Shown: positions 38,201-53,200 of the stretch, one piece after another
Layout: each line of letters starts with the position of its first letter
How positions within the stretch are numbered: the stretch's first letter is position 1
Origin: Tubiluchus corallicola
Taxonomy: Eukaryota; Animalia; Priapulida
NCBI GenBank assembly: GCA_030141605.1
Contig: JAQGDQ010000399.1
Location: forward strand, 1-64,000
Length of the DNA: 64,000 bases
Direction: 5' to 3'
The notes under the pieces: model-generated
Databases searched by the model: none
What the model saw: only the letters and a program-made list of their open reading frames with translations
Told to the model about the DNA's origin: nothing
Made by a program: the position numbers and the translations under genes

Positions 38201-41200
38201 TTGCACTGGATAGATTACAGATACTGGGGACACACTTATGAAAATATTAAAGGATGGCACCAATATAATTATTACCACCTCATATTGCCTACATTATAAA
38301 CTAAGTGATCATGTGCAGTGATGGGCCACTAACTTTGTTAATGTCTAGGTAAGGTAAAATATCTCCATACTTTCATATACCTTTCCTGAATATGGACAAC
38401 TTGTTTTTCCAAAAATAACAAATAGTACTAGATGTAATTAGTAGTAATTATATTACTTTATAAGTTGACTCGATGCATAGCGAGGTGATGGATCAAGATC
38501 TAATTGTGATGTGCTATCAACTGTTGTGAAATCTTAAGTAAAAACATCTTAAGAACTTGTAAGGTTGTACGTCAGTATCATAGTTGACTTTTGGCTCAGA
38601 ATGGCATTAAACATGATGGTAAAATGATGCCACTACATGAGCCATTAATCATGAAGCGTCCTGCTCTAGGACCTTAGTTAATGACTGTTGCAGATTTTGT
38701 GGTCACAGTGTTGCCAACTATCTGTTTTCAATTTATTTCTTTTTTCAGCTTGTTGACCCCTGAAATTTGGTACACTAAGCGCATGCTTAGGCTGCCTATG
38801 TGTTAATCAGATCCTAATAATGGTGATATGCATCTCCTCTCTACTAAAAATACAACGTTCTAATGTTACTTTTAATACTAAGAATTTAATTTCATTTTCA
38901 CTAAGTATTTAATTTGTAAGGCTAGTGATACAATTATGCAAGCGTTCCAACTGTTTGTTTTAATTTTGATGCAAGTGTGTATTTTGCTTAACTGACAAAA
39001 CTAATACACTTATGGTTATATATTTTAGCTTTTTCTTTTCAGGAGTATACCTCTGTTTTAGTCAAATCAGTTTTTGTCCTTGAAGTTTAATTTTTACTTT
39101 TGCTAATTTTTTTACTGTTTTGACATTTCCTTGCTAGAGCCATCCTTACAAGAAACAAAGTATATGTTCGTATTTGTAATAATTAATATTAAAGGCTGAA
39201 GTTGATGTATCCCTACCTGATGAGAAAGAACGTGAAAGAAAGTTTAAGATTAAGTTGAAAAAAGTTGCACAGATCGACTTGTCTGAACTAGCCAAGGCAC
39301 TGACTAGAAAGCCATGTCTTATGCCGCACGTGACTCTACAGGCACTGGATATAATATTTCGTCACTTTCCAGCCACTAAGTAAGTATATCTCTAACTGTT
39401 GTAATCTAACAGCAAATGAAACAAAGCTTAAACATTTTGATGACGATTTATTTTTCTGCAGCTTTTGAGTAACTTGAAATCTTCAAACAAGCAGTTATTT
39501 AGTTTGATTTCTTATGTAATAAAATACATTGATGATGCTTTTTCATTTCAGTTTCATCTCTGTAGGAAGATCATTTTATCAGATGCCTAGAGATGGTGTC
39601 GGTGTTTCGCTTGGTGGCGGAAGGGACGTCTGGTTTGGTTATTATCAGTCCGTCAGACCTGCTGCGTGGCAACCAATGCTAAATGTAGATTGTAAGCAGC
39701 AGTGCACAGATATAGTGTAGCTAAATATAATAGAATATAACTTTATATTTTCTTTGAATACACAAAAAACATGATAAACACGTTATTTCTATTATGGTCC
39801 AATACAACAGAGGCTATTAAAAATGCTGCAGATTACTATGCAGATAGCTAAGATTATGTACAAATCAATTAATAGTAAAAGCGTAAGTTAAATCTCAAGT
39901 GTACTGTAAATCATTAACTAATACCACAAGCAACTAATCAATAGTTAAGAAAATGTAAATGAAAATAATAAAAGCTACAGATGTTAATGTATTGTACTAT
40001 AAGGTATGAAATACTATTTGAATTAAAAAATGATGTAAAATCCAGAGTGTAAAAACTATATTTTGGTTGCATATTTCACATTTGCTTTTGTAGAATGACT
40101 CAAACGTACAACAGTGATTCAGTTTCATTCAACCAACTAAAATGCACTGTAGCAGCTGTACACGTAGAGCGGTTATGATGAAACAACTGGTTTTAACTTT
40201 CTATGTGACTTTACTAAAAAGAGGTGAAACTGTGAAGTGAAACCCAAATTTCTACTACGTATCTTAAAGAAATAAGCGGACTAGCAGAAATACATTTTCA
40301 TTTATCACATTGCTCTTGCTTTTGTGACCTATTGCTGTTACTGAAAACTGTGGCCTAATCAAATGGCGCACTAGTTTTATTAAGGAAATTTTCTTAACAA
40401 TAGCTTCTATTGGGTAATTCCGCACTATACCTGGTTTTAAAATGCCATTGGCTTCATTATACATGGTATTATTAAGCGGCAGTTGCTGTTCAGTATGATA
40501 TCATTAGTTAGATGCCTTTATTAACCATTCTGTGTTCACTCTACTGACTGCCGTAAGCTATTTACGATATTATTAGATTAAAGGTGGTGATGTGAAATCA
40601 ACTCGTTCAGGACGTAAGAGTTTTCTACATTTTGTCAATGGGAAACAATTAGATTATACTTTACAATTTTTGTAGGTTTCTACTTCTCTATACTTTACAA
40701 TTTTTGTTGGTTGCTACTTCTTGTGCAATGGGCTTTCATGTAAAATTGTGTATGAAATGTATTTGATTACCATAGACAAATTAAAAATCGATTTTTGACA
40801 AAAAAAAGAAAAAACCAACAGTAACTGCAGTTTTTGCATCGCAACTGATTTCACATAAGTGGTACCACTGTACATTGTTGTGCCATATCACTTGTGTGAA
40901 ATTAGCTAATGCAGAAAATTTCAACTAACCAGGCACAACACTCTGATACAGTTTGGCCTCAAACCTACTCTGTTTTTAAGAAGAAATTCCTGTTAAAAGA
41001 TGAGACAGCCTTAATTTGTCCTTTGCCGACTGGTTGATTTTTCTTGCAACTTTGTACAGCAGACAGTTCTCTTGGTCTGTAGCAAACAGATGATCCGTAA
41101 AGTAATGTGTATGATCGCACAAGTGCACACCAGACTAAACTACTCTATAGGCTTAATTGGATTGTCTGAAAAGGGTATGATTTTCTCAGTTTTATCCAGG

Positions 41201-44200
41201 TAAATCACTTATGAATGTTTAAGCAAATAGCACAATTGAATAGTCGACATTGTCGTGAATAGAACAGTATCTAGTTTGTAATCGTTTCTGCTAATAGCAG
41301 AAAAGTCATAGGTATTATTTTGAATGGTGCCGTCCTGAAGGAGTTAATTACACTTTTACTTTGTTGTTATTTTGAACTTCTGTACATGTATACACGTTAT
41401 TTTTACAGCAACTGCAACAGCATTTTATCCATCAAAGCCCTGCTTGAATTTCTTGTGTGACGTCTTAGAAACGTCTCTGGATAAATTGAGGACGCCATTG
41501 AATAACCGCGACAGTGAGAAGTTCAATACCGAAATCAAGGGTTTGAGAGTGCAAGCGAGCCACACGAAGATAAAGTACCGTGTGAATAAAGTCACTCCTC
41601 ATCCTGCTCACACGCAGACGTATGTACCTCATGTTAATGTTTATTAACATTGTAACCCATGTCAGTGTCTTTATCTTTACACTAGTGTCAACTCTAGTCC
41701 AGAGTCAGCCTTGATTCAGAAAAGTGACACAGAAACAGAGTTGTGTACTTGTCTGCATAATAGGTGTTGTTAGTTTCTAATAATGAGTATTGTTAGAAAC
41801 TTCTGGTCGGCAGACAGCCAGAACTTCTGACTATTGCCTTTGTTATTAATTTGAATTTGTTACATTTTAAACTGTTGAAATAATTTAACGTTTTTTCAAC
41901 AGTGATTTTGAAAAGTAGTGTATGCTAGGATAAGTCAGTGCTTTTAGACAGGTGGTTTTCACAACAGCATGATCTTACAAAAATATCATTATTTTAGCAA
42001 CGCAGTTTGTGTGGCATGCGTTAGTTGGAGTGACAATCATTCTTAGCGAAGAAGTAGCAAGGAATTGTGGGTTGGGGGAAATTGACAATAGAGTGAGGTA
42101 ATGAGGTTAAGACAGCGAGGCCTCGTAGACCAGCGAGAACACCAAAGCAGTTTGGAGAGTCTGAAGAGGCTAAAGTTTACAATTCTCTGCACTTAAAAAA
42201 TTAGTTCGTGATGCACATTAAGGTTAGGGTTAGGGTTGGGTTTGGGTTTGGGGTTAGGGTTAGAGTGCTGCTTATATAATATAATTCACTGTTTATGCAT
42301 TACATGCTGTTACAAACTTTTCTAATCTGATTTCATCCTAGGGTTATTATTCTCGGTTAATATTTAGATTTCAGTTGAATCTAGAATCAGGGGAAACAGA
42401 AAATTGTACAGTGGCCAGTTACTTTAAGCAAAAGTATAATATTCGACTACAATATCCGCACTTGCCTTGTCTACATGTTGGCAATGTTGAGAGGAGCGTC
42501 TATATACCGGTCGAAGTGAGTAATGTCATATTTAAGTCATGCATTTGTTTGTTCTACAATGACATAGTAATTCTGAAATCATTTAACATGATCTAACTTG
42601 ACATAAAACGACATGCCTGAAATGACATACGTTACTAGTAATATTAATTGAAAAATTTTGGGGAACATTTCCAGACCACAAAAAAGTGGCACAAAAATAA
42701 TCTAAAACTTTTGACAATTGAATGATCTATTTTGTTAAATGACAAATGACATAGAAAAATTTAGTCAATGACTATTTTCAAAAGAAATAGATAACATTTC
42801 TGTTTTACTGTCAAAAGTTTAACTTTAATTTTAAACTGTCATAATTTATACTGTCACTGTTAGCAGGCCATTACCATCAGCTGTAGATGGAAGATGATAA
42901 AAATTCATGTCTGAGCAAGATTTTTATCAAAGCTTGCTACTGCTTGCTACATCTCTTATTGATATTCTCACTTGGCTGTTTTTCCTTCGTTTTTTACATT
43001 CTGAAAGTTGATCTTGCATTCGTTTTCGTCCTGACCAGTCATCTTTCCTGGGAAGTAAAATGTGCATAGCTGAAAACTGTTTATGGGTTGGCACCCGAAA
43101 CTTTTTTACAATGTAACGTTTATGTTCTTTTCTGTTATTTGTCCTTCATCTGTAGATGTGCAAACTCGTCGAAGGACAGAAGTGCAATAGGAAGCTTACC
43201 GAAGACCAGACAGCTAATATGATCAGGCATACAGCTAAACCAGCTCCAGAACGAGAAAAAGCGATCAATAAATTTGTATGTATGCTGCTTTCTCATTTCT
43301 TAAACTATCTGATTATTTAATTTGCAAAGGCATCATGTTTAGCTGAAAAGCATAGATGCATGATTTACTACAACATGATTTACTATAAAACTACGTAAGA
43401 GTAATGTAGTATAAAACTATGTGATAACTGCTTTTTTACTTCATGCAGATATTACTACGTAAACAGTATGTTACATTTTCGTAAATATTATATTTGTAAT
43501 GATACACCTTAGTCATGATTCGATACACATCATGATACTAACCTCACGATACTGTACCTATCATGATACACATCGAGTTAACATTGCAGGTTTTAATAAA
43601 AAAACTGGATTAAGCCCTTGGCACACATTATATATATATTTATACATATACATAATACATACATACTATATTTATCAAACAATTTTAAGATTGTTAAGTG
43701 CTAAAATAATTCGGCAAACTGTTTGGTTTCTGGTTATACTCTTGTATTATTTGCATTGTAAGCCATCAGAAATGCAGAATATTTCAATACATTTTTATTT
43801 AAAACATGCTGGTGCATTTTCTAGTCCACATTTGCTGCAAGCCATTTCAGAAACATATAAGCAAAAACTTAATTAACCTACTATACATTATTATGAACAA
43901 GTTGCGCTTTATTCCACACTGCAGACCCAAGGACGTGCTGAATATCAATGATTCAGGTCTTTGCGACACTGGTGCACTTTGACGACACTCATATTGTCAC
44001 AAAAGGTTTCACGATGCTTGGGTCTATCGTTACAGGCCTAGTAAATATATACTTTGTGGTCATTCACTTTCTGTTCCCAGTGCTGCCATATGTAAAGCTT
44101 ACCTATCGGACATGCTCACAGTATTGAATTTTGTTCTTACACTGTAATAAAACATTGATGCCAAATAAAATTGTTTCATGATGCTTGCTGGAAATGTTTA

Positions 44201-47200
44201 AAGTCTGGTGGAAATTTAAAGTGGAAACAAGTTTTCTTTAATAAAAAGAGCTAACTTTAACTTAAAATTTTACGTTAAGGCCAACAATAAAACTACATGA
44301 TCCTGTTTCCATCTAATCGCCCGGCTGGGAATTTTCCAATTTTTTTATATTCATATACTTACTTGGCACAGTAACATACAAGAGTATTTTGTAATTTAAA
44401 ATGTAAAATGCAATAATAGCATTGTTTCGACAACTAGTGTTTCCTCTTATACCATAATTATCAGAACATGGGTTCATACTGTACAAAAAATAGACTATAC
44501 GATAACCGAAATTATGCAATAATTCAGTAATACAAAACAACAAATTAAACAAAGAGAGCAAAATTGTGCATTGAGAAAATTTAAGCGTTACTGCTAACCA
44601 ATTTGAAAATAAACATTTCAAATGATTTTAAATATTCCACAATTCAGTTTTAACCATTCACAAAACGTTAAAAAACTTTTTTTTTCAAAAAAATTTCTTC
44701 CCTCTTTACTGACATTTTTTGAGCCTACGAGGTAAGACAAAAACGAAATTTTTTTTGGCTGGCTTAAATTTTTTCAATGTCATGGCTTCCTTTTAATGAA
44801 ATCGGGCCTCAAAGTTGCCTTTCCTCCCCAAAACATTTTGTTCAGTTTTGCTTGCTAAACTTCAGATAATCGCAGGCTAAACAACTGTGCCAGCAACTGC
44901 TTCTTTGGATACGGCGTCATTTCTCTGATGCTGAATTTGTAAAGAATGCAACACAACAAAATGTGACATGTCATAACCAAACGCAAACGCTTTGTCTGGC
45001 TTTTGCTGGCTTCGTCTAACGTGTGAAACGGGTGAAATCAAGTTCCAGACTCTCTTCACTCCCGATGGACTGTTATATAAACCACCATGAAAAAGTTAAA
45101 AAGTATCAGAAAATCTTAATTGGAGCCTTTTCTTTCTGTTTTTGTATAAAACTGATTCTGCACAAAGCACGCTGTACTTGACCTTTAAATGACGAGTGCA
45201 ATTTGTGGGGTACCTAAACATTTCGAGATGCCGTTTGTATATATAGCTTGGTTTTCTGTAGTGGGTCACTGATTCATATTGAGCTTCAATAAGTAACTCA
45301 CTCAGGGCCAGATTTTGGGGCCCCTAGGCTCATGAGATTATGGGCCCTCACAGACGGAACTACCCTCTAATTTGCCATGCTCGTCTCGAATATTTTTACT
45401 TGTGATATATTTTAGCAACATTGGTATAGCTGGAGGCCCCATATTTCAAATAAAGGGCTTGAAAGATGGGCCTTTATCTCAAATAAAAGGCCTCAAACAG
45501 GAATCCTTTATCTCAGATGAGGAGCCACTTTAAAATTAGATATTCAGACTTCCTGGTCTTCTTTTTTAAAGTCAGCAATGCAGCTTATGGGCCCACCCAA
45601 GCTTGAGAGGCCCTATGCTGCAGCCTTTGCTAGCCTACATGGTAATCCAGCCTTGAACACACCATCTAGGGATAAGTAGTTTGCTAGTAGCAGTAATTTT
45701 TGTTTGGCTAAAGTAAATTGTTGCACACTAACCCTTTTTTTCAGGTTCAGGAAGCCAATTACAATAAAGATCCGTTTCTTAAAGAATTTAACATAAGCGT
45801 TGACTGTAAGATGGCAGATGTTCAAGGAAGAGTGCTTCCGGCTCCTGAATTAGGGTATAGAGGCGAGGTGGGCAGATTAACTACATTTTGTAATTTGTTT
45901 ACACAATGTGTGATTTTCATCAAACTACTTATTTAACTGTTATTTGCTATCTAAAGGCTTCATGATAGTTGAAAGGTCTAAAGTACTTTTTTATTTAAAT
46001 GTGATGACAATATTGGTGGTTAAGCTGCAGATAAACAGTGATAAACATTATTTGCCTGACAAAACTGTGTGGTAAAACTGTACTAATCTGAGATGGTTGC
46101 TCATTAGTACGGGAACTTGTTAAGTGGGCTAGTTTCATGAGCTTCTTGTATTGCATTGCAAACAATGTATTGCACAGTTAATGATGAACAATAATTTAAG
46201 TCATTGAATGTATTTTTGTAAAAAAAACTTAAATTCTTTGAAAAAAGGCTCTTATTTTGATAATCTAGGTGACTGAATCGTGAAGTGACATATCTGAACT
46301 TGTCGGTTGTACTGACTACACTGAGCATACAAACTTCATTTTCTGTGAAAGGTTTTGCATCTTTAAATAAAGTTTTCCCCAACTGATTTGCTTTTAGGGA
46401 AACCGAGTTTCAATATGCAACCAAAAGGACGACTATTGTTGATAACAACATGGTGCCTCTTCATTGTTTACATTTTGATACAGCCTTACATCAGCATCAG
46501 AGCACTTTCACAAGCCAGAAAGAAATATATAATAAATTTGTAAACTAATGAACACTACTGTCCTAGTAATACGCCCTAAATAATTACTAAATAAATTTAG
46601 CAACTCGCGCACAACAACCCAAAAAGCAACGTTAAACTGCCAATTTCACATCTGGCTTGTGAAAGTACAGTGATGGTGGTGGTGGTGGCGCTGGCGGTGG
46701 CAGTGATGAGGTTGAGGATGAGGATAGAAACTTGCTTTGAGATACCGTATTATCACCAACAGCTGTTGTTTTGGTTGCATTATTTAAACAATGTTTTATT
46801 GTTTTAGCAAAAAGCTCATCCAGTAGAAGGTAAATGGGACATGAGAAACCGACAGTTCAAAGAGGGAAAAAAGATTAACGTGTGGGCAATTGTTCACTTC
46901 AAATACCCCGAAGATCGAAGAATACTGTACGAAGACAAACTTGCGTAAGCGTTAAAATTTTGTTCATTGTCACCAGATCCGGATTATGACTTTTTGGGTC
47001 CCCTGAGCTAATGAAATTACCGGGCCCCCTCACGGGCATGCACCTTCTAGCTCTCCTACAAAATGAGTAAGATGACGAACAAACATGAACTGAAGCCCAT
47101 GAGTTACAAATAGAACTCGAGCCCCTTATCTCAAATAATAGGGCTCGAGCCCCTTATCTCAAATAAGGGACCACTTTCTTAAAATTGAGTTTTCAGATTT

Positions 47201-50200
47201 TCAGGCCTCTTTTTTTAAAGTTGAAATTTTATTTTAAGTTAAATGAATTATTCAGCAATGCAATATTCAAAAAAATATATTTTAAAATCTTTTAGCAGGG
47301 CCATCAAGTTTGGGGCCACCCAAGCTTGAGGGGACCTAGGCTGCAACCTATAGTAGCCTATAGGGTAACCCGTCCCTGATTGTCACAATATACAATTTTT
47401 GTGATATCAGCTGAAATAGTCAAGTGAAATATTTCAATTATTTAAACTGTGTAAGTCTTCAATGATTTCTTGTATTGCTTTACAAAACTCAGTTTCCTAT
47501 ATGCTGTAATTGTGCTGAAATTACTAGCAAACCTGTACCAGCAGCTTAAGTTTGGTTGCTAAGTATATTCAAAAATCAGCTCATCTCCTTGCAGCTTACT
47601 CATATTTTTAATCAAAACAACGCAGACTCATTACGGCTGCACACTCTCCCCACGCCTACACCACTCCCAGAATTATCAGGTGGCACCCTGATCAGGATTT
47701 GTACTTGCCTGCTTTTCCTGAATGCTGGAACCCAGTCAGATGCTAATAATAATAATAATAATGATGATAATGATGCCAACATGAACAACAACAACAAAGG
47801 AACCCCAAATTCCCTTGATAACTACCCTTTGTGTCAGTGTGTAAACTAGGTGCCTAATATGAGTCTAGTTGTATCTGCAAAATTCTAAGTTCATGATGCT
47901 TTTAAGCAATTCATCATCAGCTAAAATTGATTACAATCACTCACTATTTAGCATTATTTTACCCAACATATTTATTTGTCTTTCTTTTCTATAGTAATTT
48001 CATCAATGAATTGCAAAAGATTGGTAGAAATAGTGGCATGCCTTTCAATTACCGACCTTGCAAAATTGACACCTTGAATAGACCGGAAGACATTGAGGGC
48101 CATTTTAAGATTTTACAGGAACGGCATAGAGTGGAACTGGTTGTAATTATACTGCGGGGAAAGTGCTCTAAGCATTACGGTATGTAGCATGTAGATTTTG
48201 TGACTTAGCACCTTACCTGCTGAACTCAACCCATTTTAGTCTCCATTCTGTACATGTGCACAACACAAGACAATGCAAAATTCCAGAAAGCGTGTGAGAT
48301 CTATTTCTACATAAATGCTTTTCAGGAATATTATCAACCATTTTATTCATAGCAGTAGATTAATTCCAATAAATTCACAAGTATTCTAAACAAAAACAAA
48401 AGTCTTTTTGATGGACGATAAAATCAACCAGTGCATTTTTATTTGGAAGTTTTGCAAACGCAGCACTGACTGGCCACTGCCAGCAGAAGGCCATCCACAT
48501 GTAACAATATAATGTTTAGAATAGGTGGGTAGCAGGAGACGTGGTAATGCCATTATAATGCAAGGTAGGTAGGTGATTTAGTCATGATATTGTTATCTGA
48601 CTTCACACTTTTTTCATACGTGCGTGCAGCAGACAATGCTACAAGGCACAGCCATTGTGCGCTGATCCTCATCCTGATCCTAATCCCAGGAGGCTACCAT
48701 TTTTGCCAATTTCTCCGTAAAATCTGGGTTGTTGAGAAAGAGTTTAGGGAATTAGGACTGTAACCGCCTCCACCGCTGATACCACTGATGGTTTCCCAGT
48801 TACTTAACAAAAGCAGTGTTGCTGCCTGTCCTTGGGAGGAGGAACAGTAAAATGTACATGTTATTTATGTGTGATTTCGATATTAGCCCTTATTTTAAAT
48901 ATTCATCTTTGTGTGACTTTACAGTCATTTTTTTTTATTTAATTGTTTATTTGGTATGCAGTACTTTACATTCGTTTTTATTTATTTAATTTTCGACTTA
49001 GTATGTGTTACTTTACAATAATTTGCATGTACTTTCAGCGGAGGTGAAAAGAGTTGGTGATACCAAATTAGGAATGGTTACACAATGTATACAGGAGAAG
49101 CAATTGCATAAGTGCGCGCCTGCAACACTCTCCAACCTGTGCTTGAAGATCAATGCAAAGCTGGGCGGAGTCAACAACATAATACCAAAAGAAATCGAGT
49201 AAGTTTTATAATTCTTGAAATTAGTTGATGAAATGTTCAAGATAAATTAACCAAGATATTGTTATATGAAATTTAGTTGAGTGGAACTCAATGGATTCGT
49301 GTGTTTACGGAAAGTAGTGCAGAGAATAAGTTATAACTGTAACAAACACTCTTGTGCTCACTCACTCATCATATCCGTCATCATAGGAGTCCTCAGGCTT
49401 GCAATGATGGTAGTCTTGATCTGTACATGTACTTTGTATGCAAGCATTGAGCAATAACTTCCTTTGTGTAATCATAATAATTAGTTAAAGAAACTTCAAT
49501 GTCCTTTGGGGTTATATAAGCCTTTAAATGCATATTTACAAACATTTGAAGTGGCTAAACATAACCTGTTTTCTAAATTTAAGCCGTGTGGAATTTAATG
49601 TTGATATGAACATGCCTTAAGTAATTGAGACAACAGTGTGCTCTCCATCTACATTCGAAATGTAACTGCGTTATCTTCAATAGTTAAAGGCCTATATGAC
49701 CTTAACAGATATTGAAGTTATGATTACACAAAGAATTCATAGTTATTATTAAACAAAAGAGACTTCTTAAAATTAAATAACTTACCTTTTTCTGGCAAAT
49801 TTCGAGTGTGGGCATTGCCATAATGATCGCCATGTTTCGCATCTTTGGTTACTGATGTTTGTTTACCAATCTTTGGTGACCTTGTGACTGTACTTATAAG
49901 ACCTCGTGCTTTTGTCATTCATCTTGCGCAATGAAAAATGACTGTTCTTCAAATTTAATGTCGCTAACAATGAAGTGATAAAAAATCAAAAGAAACAAGT
50001 TTTACAGTAAGCTTACGATAAAATAAACTGAATATTCGTAATGATCAGTGGCGGCTCGTGTATAGGTACTTGGAACTGCAGCATCCCCTACTTTCATTCA
50101 ATATTATCAATAATATTCAGTATAATAAGTCTTTTCTTTCATTCTTTCTTTATACTTGTACGGAACCAGAGCAAGTGAGGATAGTTCTGTTTGCTTTTCA

Positions 50201-53200
50201 GCCAAGCACACTGTGCTCACAACTCCTGCAACATGGTGTTTGCATGTTGTGCGCATGCGGCCATGCGCACATGTCTAAGCCCAGGTAGAGAAAGTACTGT
50301 CCCTTACACAGTTTGTTACAGTTGTCACGTTCTTACCGTGAATGGATCAAGCTTGAACTGCAACAATTTAGGATATCAGAAAGCAAAAAAATTTTTTTTG
50401 TTTGGGATTCTATCAAGTTTATGCATAAACTTTCATATGTTTATTTTATTTTACACAGTATTAAAACAATGGCTAAAATTTTCTGAAGCAGCACCCCCAC
50501 TAATTTTAGCTACAAGCTGCCACTCGTAATGAGAGTAGGATTTTAAGTTGTAAAAACTTATATTATAGTGAATGTTTAGTTTGACTTTAAACTACATTGG
50601 AGGATGCAACACTCTACTTAATATTGTGAAGCTGCCATAGGTTTTCATTGCTTATTTTTAGGGTTAGAGTTTTTGAAAGACCCGTCATAGTGTTTGGAGC
50701 AGATGTCACACATCCGGCTCCAATGGAGAAAATGCCCTCAATTGCTGGTATGGTGGGTAGTCTAAACCGTAATGCTACGCGTTACACTGCCGAAGTCAAA
50801 GTTCAGGAGTCAAGAAAGGTTAGAAAAAAGGCAGTAAAACATGTGTAAAATCTATATCTTTGGGGTCAAGTTTAGATGCTCAACAAAATGCAGCAAGCGA
50901 GAAGTAGATTATTATTCAAATATAAAATGAACCATTTCTTTGCAAAAAGGAACTAAGTAACTATTGAGCCTCTAATATATTATAATAAAGAAATACAGAT
51001 TACTTTATACTATGGTCTACGGGCTCCTCAAGATAAATGTCAATAGAAGCAAAAATTTTAAATGTTTTGCAGATTTATTCTATTTCTGTTATCTCTGCCA
51101 TATTTACAAGGGCATTGGAATATTTCTGTTGTTGACGCTTCCACTGGCGTTAGTTGACAGTTACAGTTTCTTGTTAGCTGAGCCTGCTACTAGACATTCT
51201 AAAAAATCTAAACTCGCGCTAATGACATCTATTAATAAAATTAATAAAATAATATTTTTTTCTATTTGTATATTCGCTCAAAGAATTCTGAATGTCCTTT
51301 TGCTTCTATACAATAATTGTTCTTCGTGTGTGGCATTGTCTGTTTTGTTGTCCTTGGAGATTACTGATCATTACCAATTTGCCACATGAGTTCAGCTCCA
51401 GATTTTAAAAGTATTGTAAATAAATTGCATTTTTCTTTTTTCTTTTTTGCAAAAAGGGGTGGAATTTTTTCAGCCCCAAGCAGAACTGATCCACGGTTGC
51501 ATTTTCTCAATGACTTCAAGCTTTACCTTTGGATTCAAGTGCGATTCTGATAATTAAATGAAGAATATGGAGGAATCAGCTAGTTGTCTCCTTGCTTTGT
51601 ATCATTTGTCAATTTTTCCTTTTTAAAGGTGAAAAACAAAGACTGGTGTTACAGGAAAAAGATAAAAAGATACTACTATGTTGTTCTCATTAGCTGATCA
51701 AGTGCTTTGAAGAACTTCAGAGCCCTCGAGCTTCTTACAAATGCTGTGCTTTACAAAGGGCAACCTGTTAAAACATGTTACAGAGAAGTGCCTAACCTTT
51801 CTACTTAAATTTGTTAGGAAATCATAGAAGATTTGGCTCAGATGACAAAGACGCTGCTGACTAAGTTTTACAAACACACGGGTGGTAAGCCAGAAAAAAT
51901 TTTGTTCTACAGAGATGGAGTGAGCGAAGGCCAATTTCAGCAGGTATAGCTCTGCTACCTACTAAAATGCTAAATTAACCACTACTGAATGACTGTGTTC
52001 ACACAAACTAATTTTATCAGTTTTAATTGCTTAAAGGTCAAATACAGCAGGCTAATTTCAGCAGGTACAGGTATAGGTATAGGTATGCTACCTACTAAAA
52101 TGCTAAATTAACCACTACTGAATGACTGTGTTCACACAAACATAATAAAATTAGTATGCATAAAAGCTTGTGTTTACAGGTGGATCTTAACGTTTTTAAT
52201 TTCTGTTAGCAGTTATTTGTGCACAAAAGCAGCCTATTAATTAAGTGATAATTATTTATGTTTGTTCTGTATTACTGTGTGTTAAATTCATTTTTATTAT
52301 GGAACATGGCATTAAATTGTAGTAGTCTGGAAGAAACATTGAAATAAGTTGTCAACAATTTGTACAGGCAGATACCTGCACCATTGGCTATTAATCAGCA
52401 GTATTTCAAGTACTGTGTGCTCTTCTGTGTAGAAGTGTGCAGCTTCTCATTACGCTGCTGTGAAACACATCTACATCTTTGTGGAAGGCTACCATACGGC
52501 TATTGTTATAAATTCAGGGATGTTTATTGTGAATTTTAACTGCTATTTTTATCGTGATGTAGGTTCTTCAGGCCGAGTTGACGGCAGTGAGAAATGCATG
52601 CCGGATGCTGCAACCTGACTATGAACCCGGTGTTACATTTATAGTTGTTCAAAAACGCCATCATACCAGACTTTTTGCAACTAATGACAGAGATCGGGTA
52701 TGTTTGCCTTGCCGATTAATATTGTCATGAGAGCAGTAAGTATGCTTATGCAGCAAATTCCTAGGCCTTCCAGAAAATCAGTCAGTGCCAAAATACCATT
52801 TAAAATTCTGTACAACCTGACAGAATTGTGTTTTCGTCATGCTGTATTGATGCAAAATTATGATTAAACAAAACTTTTTATAATGTTTCACAGTTCATTT
52901 TTCAGACGTTTTTGGTATTATTCTTGCCCGTGGCCTCAACGTAAATTCTAGAAGATGATTTGAAATGATAGCAATTGATTATACGGGGTGTTAAGTAAAT
53001 ATTTACTGGTCATATGTTAGAATAATGCGCTAATTTTATGCATGAATGTAGGGTGTTTCGAGATAAACAGCACAATTCTGCTATTTCTGAATCTGAATAT
53101 GCTAATCTATGTACAACGAAATATGTTTTAAGTCAGGGCTGTGCAAATTGCGGCCCGCGGGCCACTTGCGGCCCGCCGAGAGAATTTGTGCGGCCCGCGA

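Noticed and set aside
42221-42263. Telomere or chromosome fusion site
   Set aside because: Only about 7 degenerate units, in one orientation, inside an intron.
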